A stretch of 64,000 bases of DNA from Candidatus Saccharimonadia bacterium. GTDB taxonomy: Bacteria; Patescibacteriota; Saccharimonadia; UBA4664. Position 1 is the first letter of the stretch; the number at the start of each line of letters is the position of its first letter. The translations under genes were made by a program, and so were the position numbers. Positions 55,117 through 64,000 of this stretch are shown here, in pieces. Location of the stretch: positions 2,410-66,409 of the forward strand of contig DASXHH010000014.1 in NCBI GenBank assembly GCA_036488585.1. The letters run 5' to 3'. Under the pieces are notes generated by a model. It ran no database searches and had not been told where the DNA came from. It saw only the letters and a program-made list of their open reading frames with translations.

Positions 55117-55357
55117 CGAGCTCTCCTTCCAGGAGGTTGACGTGAGTAAGAACTGACTAGGGTAACTCAAAGAACTGTGAGCCGAGAAAACTTTTCGAGT
55201 CTCCTCGTATGAGACGGCTGCCATGAGTCGCCTCGTACGAGTAGGCTAAGCAAGTGATGATTATGTTATGTTATTGACGCTTTGTCAATAATTGTTTGAA
55301 GGGTTGAGTGAATGCTGCCCGGTGGCCTTGGGCTAATCCGAGGCCACCGGGAAGAGG

Positions 55358-55846
55358 TTACGAACTCGTGAAGATGATGATCTTCAGGAAACGGGCTTCG
55401 GTGCGGGAATACTTTCCGACCTTGGAGTCGCCGATGACCCCCTCCGCCTGAATGCGGGTGCCTGGCGTCAGGGTCCAGATGTCAGCACCGATGTCAGCGT
55501 CGCTTTGGTATCCGATCTGGCCCACGATGTGTTCGTGGCCACCGTCGTCAGTGAAGCGGTCTTGGAGCTCGGAGTGGTTCGCGCTCCAGATGTTGCCGGC
55601 GCTCTTGAACCAACTGCGCGCAGCACCACTGGCGCCGACAACGTGGATGTTGCTCACGAACACCGAGTGGTCGGTGACCTCAGTAACAGTGGCGTCTATG
55701 ACGTAGCGGTTGCCGGTTCCGGCATAGTTGCCGCCGCCGTTATTGGCGACTGCGCCAATTGCGAAAACGATGAATCCGCATATCGTCAGCATAGCGAGCA
55801 CTGCCCCGAGCGCTATGAGCGCAGAGGTAAAGCTCGAGCGGTACAC
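55358..55846 (-). CDS. membrane-anchored hypothetical protein (162 aa)
   Basis: N-terminal TM helix, then a beta-rich domain. Confidence 0.4.
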   Translation of the reverse strand: MYRSSFTSALIALGAVLAMLTICGFIVFAIGAVANNGGGNYAGTGNRYVIDATVTEVTDHSVFVSNIHVVGASGAARSWFKSAGNIWSANHSELQDRFTDDGGHEHIVGQIGYQSDADIGADIWTLTPGTRIQAEGVIGDSKVGKYSRTEARFLKIIIFTSS

Positions 55847-56181
55847 TATTGTCCTTTCGGGGTGCGTGCGATGACGGATCGCAAACCGTGAGGGCCGTGG
55901 CCCTCATTACCGGGCGCGATTTGGAGAATCCAGCCTGGTAATGAGGGGCTATGGGCAAAAAATAAAAACTCCCCCGTATGGGCCCTAAGGCTTGCCCATA
56001 ATAGAGAATTTTCGATACCTATAGCTGATTAAATTGTGACATCACTATAGGACATTTGATGGGGATGTCAAGGAAGTTTGCAGCATATATTTATGTGTGA
56101 TTTACAGTACAGTCTAGTGGAAAACGCCTTCGCCGGGTATAATATGCCGGTTCGAGGGCGCTGTGAGGCGCCTGTGTACCG

Positions 56182-56271
56182 GGAGAGGTCGCATAGTGGC
56201 CTAGTGCGCTCGCTTGGAAAGCGAGTATGGGGGCAACTCCATCGAGGGTTCGAATCCCTCCCTCTCCGCCA
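56182..56271 (+). tRNA. tRNA-Ser (anticodon GGA), CCA encoded
   Basis: Acceptor GGAGAGG/CCTCTCC, anticodon stem CTCGC/GCGAG, loop TTGGAAA and a long variable arm. Its 5' half is near-identical to tRNA-Ser(CGA). Confidence 0.85.
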
Positions 56272-56292
56272 GCAATTATTTTGGGGGTAATT

Positions 56293-56709
56293 ATGGACAA
56301 CATGAAGGACAAGCCGGACTCATACTGGCGCGAGAGACTGACGCCGGAGCAATACCGGGTATTGCGTGCGCGCGGGACGGAGGCGCCGGGAACGGGCGAA
56401 TACGCCGATAAGTACGATGACGGCATGTACCGGTGCGCGGCATGCGGGCAGGAGCTGTTCGCGAGCGACACCAAGTTTGAGAGCACGCAGCCGGGGCTTA
56501 CGGGCTGGCCGGCGTTTTGGGCTGAGGCGGCTAAAGGCAGAGTGGAGCTGCGGCCGGACGATGCGCTTGGTATGCACCGGACCGAGGTGGTTTGCGCACG
56601 GTGCGGGTCACATTTGGGACACCTGTTTGAGGACGACCCAGCGGTGTCTGATAAGGGCGGTAAGCATTATTGCGTTAACTCGTGCGCGCTTAAATTTGAG
56701 CCTAAATAG
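56293..56709 (+). CDS. msrB: peptide-methionine (R)-S-oxide reductase MsrB
   Basis: Zn CxxC pairs (CAACGQ, CARCGSHLGH) and the catalytic region RCGSHLGHLFEDDP. Confidence 0.85.
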   Translation: MDNMKDKPDSYWRERLTPEQYRVLRARGTEAPGTGEYADKYDDGMYRCAACGQELFASDTKFESTQPGLTGWPAFWAEAAKGRVELRPDDALGMHRTEVVCARCGSHLGHLFEDDPAVSDKGGKHYCVNSCALKFEPK

Positions 56710-56755
56710 TAAAATGCCCAGGCCATCGATGTGACGGCCCGGGCGACGCCCTGAA

Positions 56756-57217
56756 CTACAGGGAGGGACGAGTGTGCATGGTATCGCGTGGGAAACGCAC
56801 CTTAGCGGTGTTGAGCTCGATTACGACGCAGTAAACCCCGTCCAGGCCGTGTATTTTAACAAGACGTTCCGTGACGATGTTAAGCCGGGTTTGCATGGTG
56901 CTGGCGATGCCGGACAGGCCGCTGGTCTCGATGCGGATGTAAATGTCGGCTCGATCGGGCGTTCGGCGGCTGATATCGAGTGAGAAAGAGCCGGGCGGCG
57001 GCCGGAAGACGTGGATGTCCGGTATGACGATTCTGGGGTCGTATAGCTCCGCGATGAGGCCGACGAGGGTCGACTCTGAGGTGAACTCAGTATGCTCCGG
57101 ACCGTCCGGACCGACACAAATGGTGACGCCGACGGAAGCGCCGCCGGTGAGAACTTGGCCGATCTCAGCATTGTCGCGGGCGATTTGCATGATAGCCTCC
57201 TGCTTGTCTAGGGGCAA
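56756..57217 (-). CDS. hypothetical cytoplasmic protein (153 aa)
   Basis: ORF with reasonable composition. Not recognised. Confidence 0.35.
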   Translation of the reverse strand: MPLDKQEAIMQIARDNAEIGQVLTGGASVGVTICVGPDGPEHTEFTSESTLVGLIAELYDPRIVIPDIHVFRPPPGSFSLDISRRTPDRADIYIRIETSGLSGIASTMQTRLNIVTERLVKIHGLDGVYCVVIELNTAKVRFPRDTMHTRPSL

Positions 57218-57320
57218 AAGTAGTGCGCGCTACGGAACGCAGTCACTTAATCATGTAGGGGCTGTAAAGTCAAAACATGCGACCTGGTTTGAACTAGGGG
57301 AATGGCGTAGGATACTCGTT

Positions 57321-57725
57321 GTGGCAGGATATTCAAGTAAGAATTTGATCGATAAATTGGGTGTGAAGCCGGGGATGCGGGCGATTGTGATGCGCGCGCC
57401 CAGGGGATACGTGGAGCTGCTGCCGGAGCTCGAGGAGCGAGCGAAGGTGGCGGTACGTCTGAGCGGGCGCTTTGATTTAGTGCAATATTTCGCGACTAGC
57501 GAAGAGCAACTGGGGGCGGTAATGCCGAACCTGGCGGCACATCTTGAGCCGGGTGGAATGCTGTGGGTGAGTTGGGCTAAGCGCACGTCGCCGCTGAACT
57601 CGGGCTTGGATGAGAGTATTGTGCGGCGGTTGGGGCTTAAGGCGGGCCTGGTGGATGTGAAGGTGGCGGCCCTGACAGAGGATTGGTCGGGGTTGAAATT
57701 TGTATACCGGCTGGCCGACCGCTAA
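57321..57725 (+). CDS. DUF3052-like hypothetical protein
   Basis: GTG 57321 start. The N-terminal AGYSSKNLIDKLGVKPGMRAIV resembles the DUF3052 N-terminus. The ORF track extends it upstream to 56943 across the opposite-strand gene, which is unlikely. Confidence 0.4.
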   Translation: MAGYSSKNLIDKLGVKPGMRAIVMRAPRGYVELLPELEERAKVAVRLSGRFDLVQYFATSEEQLGAVMPNLAAHLEPGGMLWVSWAKRTSPLNSGLDESIVRRLGLKAGLVDVKVAALTEDWSGLKFVYRLADR

Positions 57726-57735
57726 AATTGGCGCA

Positions 57736-58743
57736 ATGTTAAATTACGAATCGCTTCACAATCACACGACGGCGTCGGATGGCACGCAGGATTATCTGGA
57801 GGTGCTAAAGACGGCTGAGCAGCACGGTTTGGGCGTGATGGCGCTGACTGATCACGATGCGTTGCCGGGTGAGCAGGACCTGGTGCGGTTGCGGGCCTAC
57901 GATGGCCCGATTAAGTGGTTGGTGGGGATTGAGCTCACTAGTTACGTACCGCGTGAGGTTGGTGGGCCGGAAAAGGGTGCGTTGCATGTGCTGGGGCTGT
58001 TCGTGGATCCGACCAACCGGCCGCTTAAAGAGTTTTGCGCGCAGGCCGAGGAAGGCCGACGGGTGCGGATGCGGGCGATCATTAAGCACCTGCAAGGGAT
58101 CGGTTTCCAGGTAACCGAAGACGACGTGCTGCGCCATGCACCCTCGAAGAACATCGTGTTACCGCATATGGTGGCGGCGGTGATGGAGAAGCCCGAGAAC
58201 CGGAAGTTGGCTGATGAGATTCGGGGGCGGATGCGGCAGGAGGCTGAGCATAACGCCGAGGTGAAGCAGGCGTACGATAGCATGTTGGAGTTTGGGCCCA
58301 AGCAGTATCCATACGCGTTGTTTATGACGAAACATGCTTATCTGCCGATGGTGCAAGACGAGGTGGTGAATCTGCTCGACCTGGACGGAACGGTGAAGCT
58401 GATTCGGGAAGCGGGTGGCGTGGCGGTGATGGGCCACTGGTTTTTTAACGAGAACAAGCTGAACGAGGCGGGGCTAGCGGCAGTCCTGGAACGCGGAGGG
58501 CTGGACGGGCTCGAGAGCGTAATCGTGAACACAATGGGCGACAAGGCGCCGGATGAGGACGTGCGGCGGACGCGCGAGTTGATCCGGCGGTATGGCGTGG
58601 CCGAAACAATGGGCTCGGATAGCCACTCGGCGGCAGATGTGGCAGCATTTGCGGGGAGCAAATTCGCGGCGGAATCGGCGGGACAAACAACGCGGCTGAT
58701 CGAGCGGTTTAAGCCGGATCTGCGCTGGAGCAACTGGGCCTAG
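57736..58743 (+). CDS. PHP-domain metal-dependent phosphoesterase
   Basis: LHNHTTASDGT ... ALTDHD ... histidine clusters typical of PHP/histidinol-phosphatase-like enzymes. Confidence 0.75.
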   Translation: MLNYESLHNHTTASDGTQDYLEVLKTAEQHGLGVMALTDHDALPGEQDLVRLRAYDGPIKWLVGIELTSYVPREVGGPEKGALHVLGLFVDPTNRPLKEFCAQAEEGRRVRMRAIIKHLQGIGFQVTEDDVLRHAPSKNIVLPHMVAAVMEKPENRKLADEIRGRMRQEAEHNAEVKQAYDSMLEFGPKQYPYALFMTKHAYLPMVQDEVVNLLDLDGTVKLIREAGGVAVMGHWFFNENKLNEAGLAAVLERGGLDGLESVIVNTMGDKAPDEDVRRTRELIRRYGVAETMGSDSHSAADVAAFAGSKFAAESAGQTTRLIERFKPDLRWSNWA

Positions 58744-59228
58744 AGCAGCAGTTGCCCCGCCTTCAAGACGAAGTGCGGGGCTAACTGAAAGAGTGGAGGA
58801 TAAGCGAGCGGGAGCGTAACGGCCTCGATCGAGATGGCGCTCGATATGCGCCCCTCCGACCGCGAGCTCGTCGGGCCAGGTGATCGGGCCCGCTTGGATG
58901 TCGCGGGCGACCAGCCGCCGGTGCAGGTCCTCGGTGATGTTGGTGCGCGAGCGTTGTCTGGTACTCGGTGCGCCGGTATTGGCGGCTTCCCAGACGGCGG
59001 TTTCGATGGCGGCCTCGATCGTTACCAGGCGGCCATCGATACGGAGGTAAAACAGGATTTTCCTGCGTGGCGGCCTATGCTGAGGCAACTTCGAGGACTC
59101 CTCTCGATGTGGGGGTGCTCTTTCAGAATGCCATGATTCTAACACGTTTATGCTTTTACGTCAATGTATGGCGCAAGGCGTTTTCGCGTTTTGTTCGCAT
59201 GGCGCCAGATGGGGCGTATAATCAGATT

Positions 59229-61082
59229 ATGGACGAGGTGGCGGAGGTAAAATCGCGGCTTGAGATCACAGAGGTGGTCGGGGCGTATGTGCCATTGAAG
59301 CAGGCTGGGCGTAACTTGAAGGCGCCGTGTCCGTTTCATCAAGAGAAGACGGCGAGCTTTATGGTGAGCCCCGATAAAGGCATCTACCATTGCTTTGGCT
59401 GTGGCGAGGGCGGCGACATTTTTAACTTCGTGATGAAGATGGAGGGCGTGGACTTTAAGCAGGCGCTCGAAATGCTGGCACGAAAAGCCGGCGTGGAGCT
59501 GAAGGCGCGCAGCGGTGAGAGCAAGGAGGCGGGACGGCTGCGGGCGCGATTGCTGGAAGCACATGAGCTCGCAGTGAGGTATTTTCAGGCCAACCTGGTG
59601 GGGAACCGTAAGGCGCTCGAGTACGTGATTAAAAAGCGTGGCTTGAATAACCAGACGATTAGAGATTTTTTGATTGGCTATGCGCCGGATACCTGGGAAG
59701 GACTGACGGCGGCGCTTACGAAAAAAGGGTTCAACGCCAAGGAGATGCTTCAGGGTGGACTGGCTGGGCAGAAGGAAGGTCGATCGACGGTATACGACCT
59801 GTTTCGGGGGCGGGTGATGTTTACGATTTGCGACCGGGAGGGCCGGCCGGTTGGATTTACGGGACGGGTGCTGGACGATTCGGTGCCGAAGTACCTTAAC
59901 ACGCCGCAGACGCCGCTGTACGACAAATCGTCGGTGATTTTTGCACTGCATTTGGCTAAGGAGGCGATTCGGCAGGCCGACGAGGTGGTGCTAGTGGAGG
60001 GGCAGATGGATGTGGTGGCGAGCCATCAGGCAGGCGTGCGACAGGTGGTGGCTACGAGTGGTACGGCTATGACGATGGAGCATTTGCGGACTTTAAGTAA
60101 GCTGACGAAGAACATTAAGCTGGCATTTGATGCTGATCGGGCGGGCTTGGCGGCGACCGAGCGGGCAATTGAGATGGGTCAGAAATTGGGGTTAACCTTG
60201 CGGATGGTCGAGCTGCCAGAGGGCATAAAAGACGCCGATGAGTTGATTCAGAAGGATGTGGAGGCTTGGCGACAGGCGATAGCTGGGGCCAAATACATTG
60301 TGGATTATTTGTTTGACCGGTTTGAAGCTGATTTTGACTTGGAAAGCGCGGTGGGCAAGCGCGGGTATGCGGACCGGTTGGCGGCGAACTTGCGGCGGCT
60401 GGGTGATCCGGTGGAACAGGATCATTATGTGAAGTTGTTGGCCGGCAAGACTGGGACGAGCGAGGAAGCGGTGCGGGCTAAGATCGCGCAGACTAGTGAT
60501 GGGGGTACCGGTCCTGCCACCACCGGTACCCCGCTGTCATCGCCAAGCTCCCCTGGCCACCGGGCAGCGGGGTCCCCGCCTGTGGTGTCACCTGTAGCTT
60601 CTGCCGTCACCCGAGACCAACAGCCCATTCGCCGGGCGGTGGTGCAGACGCAGGGTAAGCCGACTGCTCGGCAGAAGATGGAGGAGTCGTTGTTGGGGCT
60701 GACGTTGAACAACATGACAGCGCGGGCGAGCCTGGATGATCTAACGGCGGTGCATTTTTCGTCGCCGGAGCGGGTCTTGATTTTCGAACAGCTGAAGTCC
60801 AAGGTCGGTGAGCCCGGGGAGGTGGTGGCGGCCGGATTGGGCGAACTTGGGACGTATGCCAAACAGTTGATGCTAATCGGTGAGAATGAGTTTGGTGACG
60901 TGGATGAGTCGGCGCTGGCCTTCGAAGCGTTTTCGTTGGCCCACAACGTGATGCTGAGGGGTAATGGCGATCGCAAGCGGCAGTTGGGGGCGCAAATCCA
61001 AGAGGCCGAGGGGCGGGGTGATCAGGCGGAAGTGGGTAGGTTGATGCAGGAGTTCCAGGATATTATACGCACTGAAGTGTGA
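59229..61082 (+). CDS. dnaG: DNA primase
   Basis: CHC2 zinc finger (CPFHQEKTASFMVSPDKGIYHCFGCGEGGD), TOPRIM (VLVEGQMDVVA ... LAFDADRAG). TATAAT lies 7 nt before the ATG (leaderless). Confidence 0.9.
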   Translation: MDEVAEVKSRLEITEVVGAYVPLKQAGRNLKAPCPFHQEKTASFMVSPDKGIYHCFGCGEGGDIFNFVMKMEGVDFKQALEMLARKAGVELKARSGESKEAGRLRARLLEAHELAVRYFQANLVGNRKALEYVIKKRGLNNQTIRDFLIGYAPDTWEGLTAALTKKGFNAKEMLQGGLAGQKEGRSTVYDLFRGRVMFTICDREGRPVGFTGRVLDDSVPKYLNTPQTPLYDKSSVIFALHLAKEAIRQADEVVLVEGQMDVVASHQAGVRQVVATSGTAMTMEHLRTLSKLTKNIKLAFDADRAGLAATERAIEMGQKLGLTLRMVELPEGIKDADELIQKDVEAWRQAIAGAKYIVDYLFDRFEADFDLESAVGKRGYADRLAANLRRLGDPVEQDHYVKLLAGKTGTSEEAVRAKIAQTSDGGTGPATTGTPLSSPSSPGHRAAGSPPVVSPVASAVTRDQQPIRRAVVQTQGKPTARQKMEESLLGLTLNNMTARASLDDLTAVHFSSPERVLIFEQLKSKVGEPGEVVAAGLGELGTYAKQLMLIGENEFGDVDESALAFEAFSLAHNVMLRGNGDRKRQLGAQIQEAEGRGDQAEVGRLMQEFQDIIRTEV

Positions 61083-61277
61083 TATAATTATGTTGTACTG
61101 ATTTTGGGAGTGTGAGTGAGGTGCGCTCGCTCCGGCAGACCACAGTTTCCTGAGAGGACTGATAGAAGGCTGCATGAGGCATCACATAACAAGGATTGAA
61201 AGTTGCACAACGCCAAGGGAAAGGGCGGAGTGTGACTTATTGTCGTAGTAACGACTAGTAGTGAAAGGGAGGCAAAT

Positions 61278-62384
61278 TTGGCCAAAAAAGTAGTTGAAGA
61301 ACAGGAGCTCGAGCGGACCTCTGGCTACTCGCCAGAGGTGGAGCGGCTGATTACCAAGGGCAAGGAGCAGGGTTATGTGACTCAGCAGGAGATTGCCGGT
61401 GTGCTGCCCGAGGCGGAGGAGAACCTGGAGGAGCTCGATGAGCTGTACGCAGCGCTGCTGGAGCAGGGTATCGAGATTACCGACCAGAAGGATGCTCTGA
61501 TCTGGGACAAGGACGAGGAAGATGCGACCGAATCCAACGACGATTACATCAAGGACATCGCCGATGACTCGGTGCGGCTGTACCTGCGCGAGATTGGCAA
61601 GATCCCGCTTTTGACCGGTGAGCAAGAGGTGACGTTGGCCAAGCGCATTGAAGCTGGCGATAAGGCCGCTAAGGACGCGATGGCCGAGGCCAACATGCGG
61701 TTGGTGGTGAGTATCGCGAAGAAGTACATTGGCCGTGGTTTGGACCTATTGGATCTGATCCAAGAGGGTAACACTGGTCTGCTGCGCGCGGTCGAGAAAT
61801 TTGATTACACCAAGGGGTACAAGTTTTCGACGTATGCGACGTGGTGGATTCGCCAGGCGATTACGCGGGCGATCGCAGACCAGGCGCGCACTATTCGCAT
61901 TCCGGTACACATGGTGGAGACGATCAATAAGCTGATCCGCACCCAGCGCCGGTTGGTGCAGGAGCTCGGACGTGAGCCGCTGCCCGAGGAGATTGCCGCC
62001 GAGATGGAGATGGATGTGGAGAAGGTGAACCACATCCTGAAGATCAAGCAGGACATCGTAAGCCTTGAGGCGCCGGTGGGTGAGGAAGAGGATTCACAGC
62101 TGGGCGACTTTATCGCCGACGAAGACTCGCTGACGCCGGAAGAGGCGGCTACACACCAGCTGCTCAAAGAGCACGTGAACGCCGTGTTGCAGCTGCTGAC
62201 GCCGCGCGAGCAGAAAATTTTGCGCATGCGGTTTGGATTGGAAGACGGCCGGTCGCACACCTTGGAAGAGGTGGGGCAAGAATTTGGCGTGACGCGTGAG
62301 CGCATTCGCCAGATTGAGGCCAAGGCGCTGGCTAAGCTGCGCAAACACCGTGAGAGTAAAAAGCTGCGGGATTATTTGCGGTAA
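61278..62384 (+). CDS. sigA: RNA polymerase primary-like sigma factor (RpoD/SigA family)
   Basis: TTG start follows AAGGGAGG. Region 1.1-like acidic N-terminus, then regions 2, 3 and 4 ([36 protein letters not shown]...). It follows dnaG, as in the macromolecular-synthesis operon. Confidence 0.9.
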   Translation: MAKKVVEEQELERTSGYSPEVERLITKGKEQGYVTQQEIAGVLPEAEENLEELDELYAALLEQGIEITDQKDALIWDKDEEDATESNDDYIKDIADDSVRLYLREIGKIPLLTGEQEVTLAKRIEAGDKAAKDAMAEANMRLVVSIAKKYIGRGLDLLDLIQEGNTGLLRAVEKFDYTKGYKFSTYATWWIRQAITRAIADQARTIRIPVHMVETINKLIRTQRRLVQELGREPLPEEIAAEMEMDVEKVNHILKIKQDIVSLEAPVGEEEDSQLGDFIADEDSLTPEEAATHQLLKEHVNAVLQLLTPREQKILRMRFGLEDGRSHTLEEVGQEFGVTRERIRQIEAKALAKLRKHRESKKLRDYLR

Positions 62385-62404
62385 GTTCGGTGCTAATGCG
62401 CGAA

Positions 62405-62433
62405 CCAAAAAGGAGCCTACGGGCTCCTTTTTG
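62405..62433. terminator. bidirectional intrinsic terminator (A-run, GGAGCC-TACG-GGCTCC, T5)
   Basis: aaaaaGGAGCCtacGGGCTCCttttt sits between convergent sigA and marR. Confidence 0.8.
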
Positions 62434-62441
62434 GTCGGATG

Positions 62442-62867
62442 CTATTTGCTGATAGGTTGTTCGGCAGTGATGAGTTTGGTGACGAGGCCGTGGAGCATAT
62501 CGCGCTCGGCTTCGCTGAGGCGAGGGCAGCCGAGCAGATCCGGCAGCGCGGCGTAGATCTCGTCGACGGCGGTGCGGCCTTGGGCGGTGAGCTGCAGGGT
62601 TTTGGTGCGGCGGTCGAGGGCGCCTTCCTGGCGCGTGATGAGGCCGGTGGCGACTAGCCGGTCGACGATGCCGGTGACATTGGACGCGTCAGTATGCAGG
62701 GTATCGGCGACGCGACCCATAGTGGAAGCGCCCTGCGAGATGGCATAGAGCGTATGGACCTGCATGATCGTGAGATCGTAGCGCTCAGCGGCCTGGGCCA
62801 TGCTGGTCTTCATGCGACCTATAAGAGCGAGCAAATCTTGGCAAACTTGTTGCGACGTGACTTTCAT
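62442..62867 (-). CDS. MarR-family transcriptional regulator
   Basis: Winged-helix region TIMQVHTLYAISQGASTMGRVADTLHTDASNVTGIVDRLVATGLITR. Confidence 0.85.
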   Translation of the reverse strand: MKVTSQQVCQDLLALIGRMKTSMAQAAERYDLTIMQVHTLYAISQGASTMGRVADTLHTDASNVTGIVDRLVATGLITRQEGALDRRTKTLQLTAQGRTAVDEIYAALPDLLGCPRLSEAERDMLHGLVTKLITAEQPISK

Positions 62868-62889
62868 GTCTTCATTATAGTACTAATTT

Positions 62890-62912
62890 AATATTTGACA
62901 ACTTCAAATATT
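62890..62912. promoter_or_regulatory. candidate MarR operator: perfect 9-bp inverted repeat AATATTTGA-caact-TCAAATATT overlapping a TTGACA hexamer
   Basis: The palindrome is directly visible in the AT-rich divergent marR/MFS intergenic region. Confidence 0.5.
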
Positions 62913-62991
62913 AATATAAACTACAATTTATAATCATAAAGTTCGAATCTAGCAAAGATTGGCAAAATAAAGTATAAGCACGGGAGGTGCG

Positions 62992-64000
62992 ATGATTGAA
63001 GAGGTGAAACACAAGGGAATGGCGCTGGCAGTATTGGCTGCGGCTCAGTTCATGGTGATCTTGGACGCCACCATCGTGAACGTGGCGCTGCCGGCGATTC
63101 AGAAGGCGCTGGGTTTTAATACAGCCTCGGATTTGCAGTGGGTGGTGACCGCTTACGCCTTGGCGTTTGGCGGTTTTTTGCTGCTCGGCGGGCGGCTGGC
63201 TGATTTGTTTGGCCGGCGGCGGATGTTTATGGCCGGCGTAAGTTTGTTCGCGCTGGCGTCATTGGCGGGAGGGTTCGCACAGAACCCGGCGATGCTGGTG
63301 ACGTTCCGGGCGATTCAGGGACTGGGAGGCGCGCTACTGGCACCCGCAGCTTTGTCGCTCGTGTTAACCATCTTTAAGGAGGGTCCGGAGCGTAACCGGG
63401 CGCTGGGTTTGTGGAGCATGGTGGCCGGCGGCGGTGGTGCGGTGGGACTGCTACTGGGCGGCGTGCTGACGCAATACGTGGACTGGCGCTGGATCTTCTT
63501 CATTAACGTGCCGATCGCTGCCTTAGTGCTGGCGATGGCGATGCGGTTCGTGCCCAAGAGCTTGCCGGCTAAGCGGCAAAGTATGGACCTGCTGGGTGCA
63601 GTGACTGTAACCGGCAGTTTGATGAGCTTGGTGTATGCATTGGCCCAGGTGCCGACCAGGGGCTGGGGGAGCGGTCTGACATTGGGGGCGTTTGGAGTAT
63701 CGGTTGGATTGATGGTGGCGTTCGTGGTGAACGAGCTGGTGCGCAAACAGCCGCTGATAAAGCTGGGTATCTTTAGGCGCCGGAACGTGAGCGGCGGGAC
63801 GATTATTCAGGTGCTGATGCCGGCGGCACTGTTTGGGATGTTTTTCTACCTATCGATCTATTTGCAACAGGTCCTGCACTACTCGCCGACTAAGACCGGG
63901 CTCGCGAACGTACCGTTTACGCTAGTGCTGATCGTGGTGGCAGGGACTTTATCACGGTTTATCGCCAAGCTTAATCCCAAGCCAATCCTGGTAGTGGCGC
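62992..64000 (+). CDS. MFS transporter, DHA2/EmrB-like drug:H+ antiporter (runs off window end)
   Basis: Hand translation gives MIEEVKHKGMALAVLAAAQFMVILDATIVNVALPAIQKALGF...LAFGGFLLLGGRLADLFGRRRMF..., the MFS motif A G-x-L-a-D-r-x-G-r-k-x-x-l. It lies divergent from marR. Confidence 0.8.
   Translation, partial: MIEEVKHKGMALAVLAAAQFMVILDATIVNVALPAIQKALGFNTASDLQWVVTAYALAFGGFLLLGGRLADLFGRRRMFMAGVSLFALASLAGGFAQNPAMLVTFRAIQGLGGALLAPAALSLVLTIFKEGPERNRALGLWSMVAGGGGAVGLLLGGVLTQYVDWRWIFFINVPIAALVLAMAMRFVPKSLPAKRQSMDLLGAVTVTGSLMSLVYALAQVPTRGWGSGLTLGAFGVSVGLMVAFVVNELVRKQPLIKLGIFRRRNVSGGTIIQVLMPAALFGMFFYLSIYLQQVLHYSPTKTGLANVPFTLVLIVVAGTLSRFIAKLNPKPILVVA

Noticed and set aside
56943-57320. Upstream extension of the 57321-57725 gene given by the ORF track (start at 56943)
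   Set aside because: The extension runs antisense through the 56756-57217 minus-strand gene and has no start or RBS support. The GTG at 57321 with a DUF3052-like N-terminus is the plausible start.
58474-59145. 223-aa minus-strand ORF spanning the PHP gene 3' end and the PHP-dnaG intergenic region; also plus-strand ORF 58834-59136
   Set aside because: Two thirds of it overlaps the well-supported PHP phosphoesterase gene in antisense. It has no RBS, and the intergenic part has promoter-like features for dnaG instead. The faint RelE/ParE-like pattern (FYLRIDGRLVTI) was judged coincidental.
1-64000. CRISPR arrays, integrases, transposases, phage structural genes
   Set aside because: I scanned for regularly spaced direct repeats and for recombinase or transposase-like translations and found none. 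The tRNA-flanked segment 25.6-27.5 kb and the T4SS locus lack any recombinase, so neither was called a mobile element.

Overview
This 64 kb window (about 58% GC) looks like the chromosomal replication-origin neighbourhood of a monoderm (Gram-positive-type) bacterium. The signs of a monoderm envelope are an LPXTG sortase substrate, a FemAB-family protein and an SsgB-like protein. The origin block is rpmH-rnpA-yidC on the minus strand, divergent from dnaA-[two Clp-N-only genes]-dnaN-[lipoprotein]-recF-DUF721(DciA-like), with DnaA-box-like 9-mers on both sides of dnaA. Directly after it (8.0-23.2 kb) lies a large type IV secretion-like locus. It has VirB6-like, VirB3-like and a VirB4 ATPase split into two ORFs, an 856-aa giant membrane protein, a three-domain cell-wall hydrolase and a beta-propeller protein. 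It also carries a divergent array of five VirB2/TrbC-like pilin paralogs. No coupling protein, relaxase, integrase or transposase is visible. The rest of the window holds hsp20 and a tRNA cluster (four tRNA-Ser isoacceptors and one tRNA-Arg) interleaved with a GH130-like glycosidase. It then holds valS, a t6A block (TsaC fused to a HIT domain, a stand-alone HIT protein, tsaD), an SsgB-like protein and a peptidoglycan-tailoring cluster (FemAB, MurE-like ligase, a guanidino-modifying-enzyme hydrolase, PMM/PGM). Next come groES-groEL, a block of hypotheticals with a putative PD-(D/E)xK protein and a strong consensus promoter plus attenuator-like leader, a PGI/PMI, a sigma-70 paralog and a MacB-like ABC pair with secreted proteins. 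The window ends with tRNA-Ser, msrB, a PHP phosphoesterase, dnaG-sigA and a divergent marR/MFS pair. Many genes sit a few nucleotides downstream of TAnnnT -10 boxes, suggesting leaderless transcription. No CRISPR array or mobile-element gene was found. All calls rest on reading the translated ORFs and the DNA by eye; no database search was possible.
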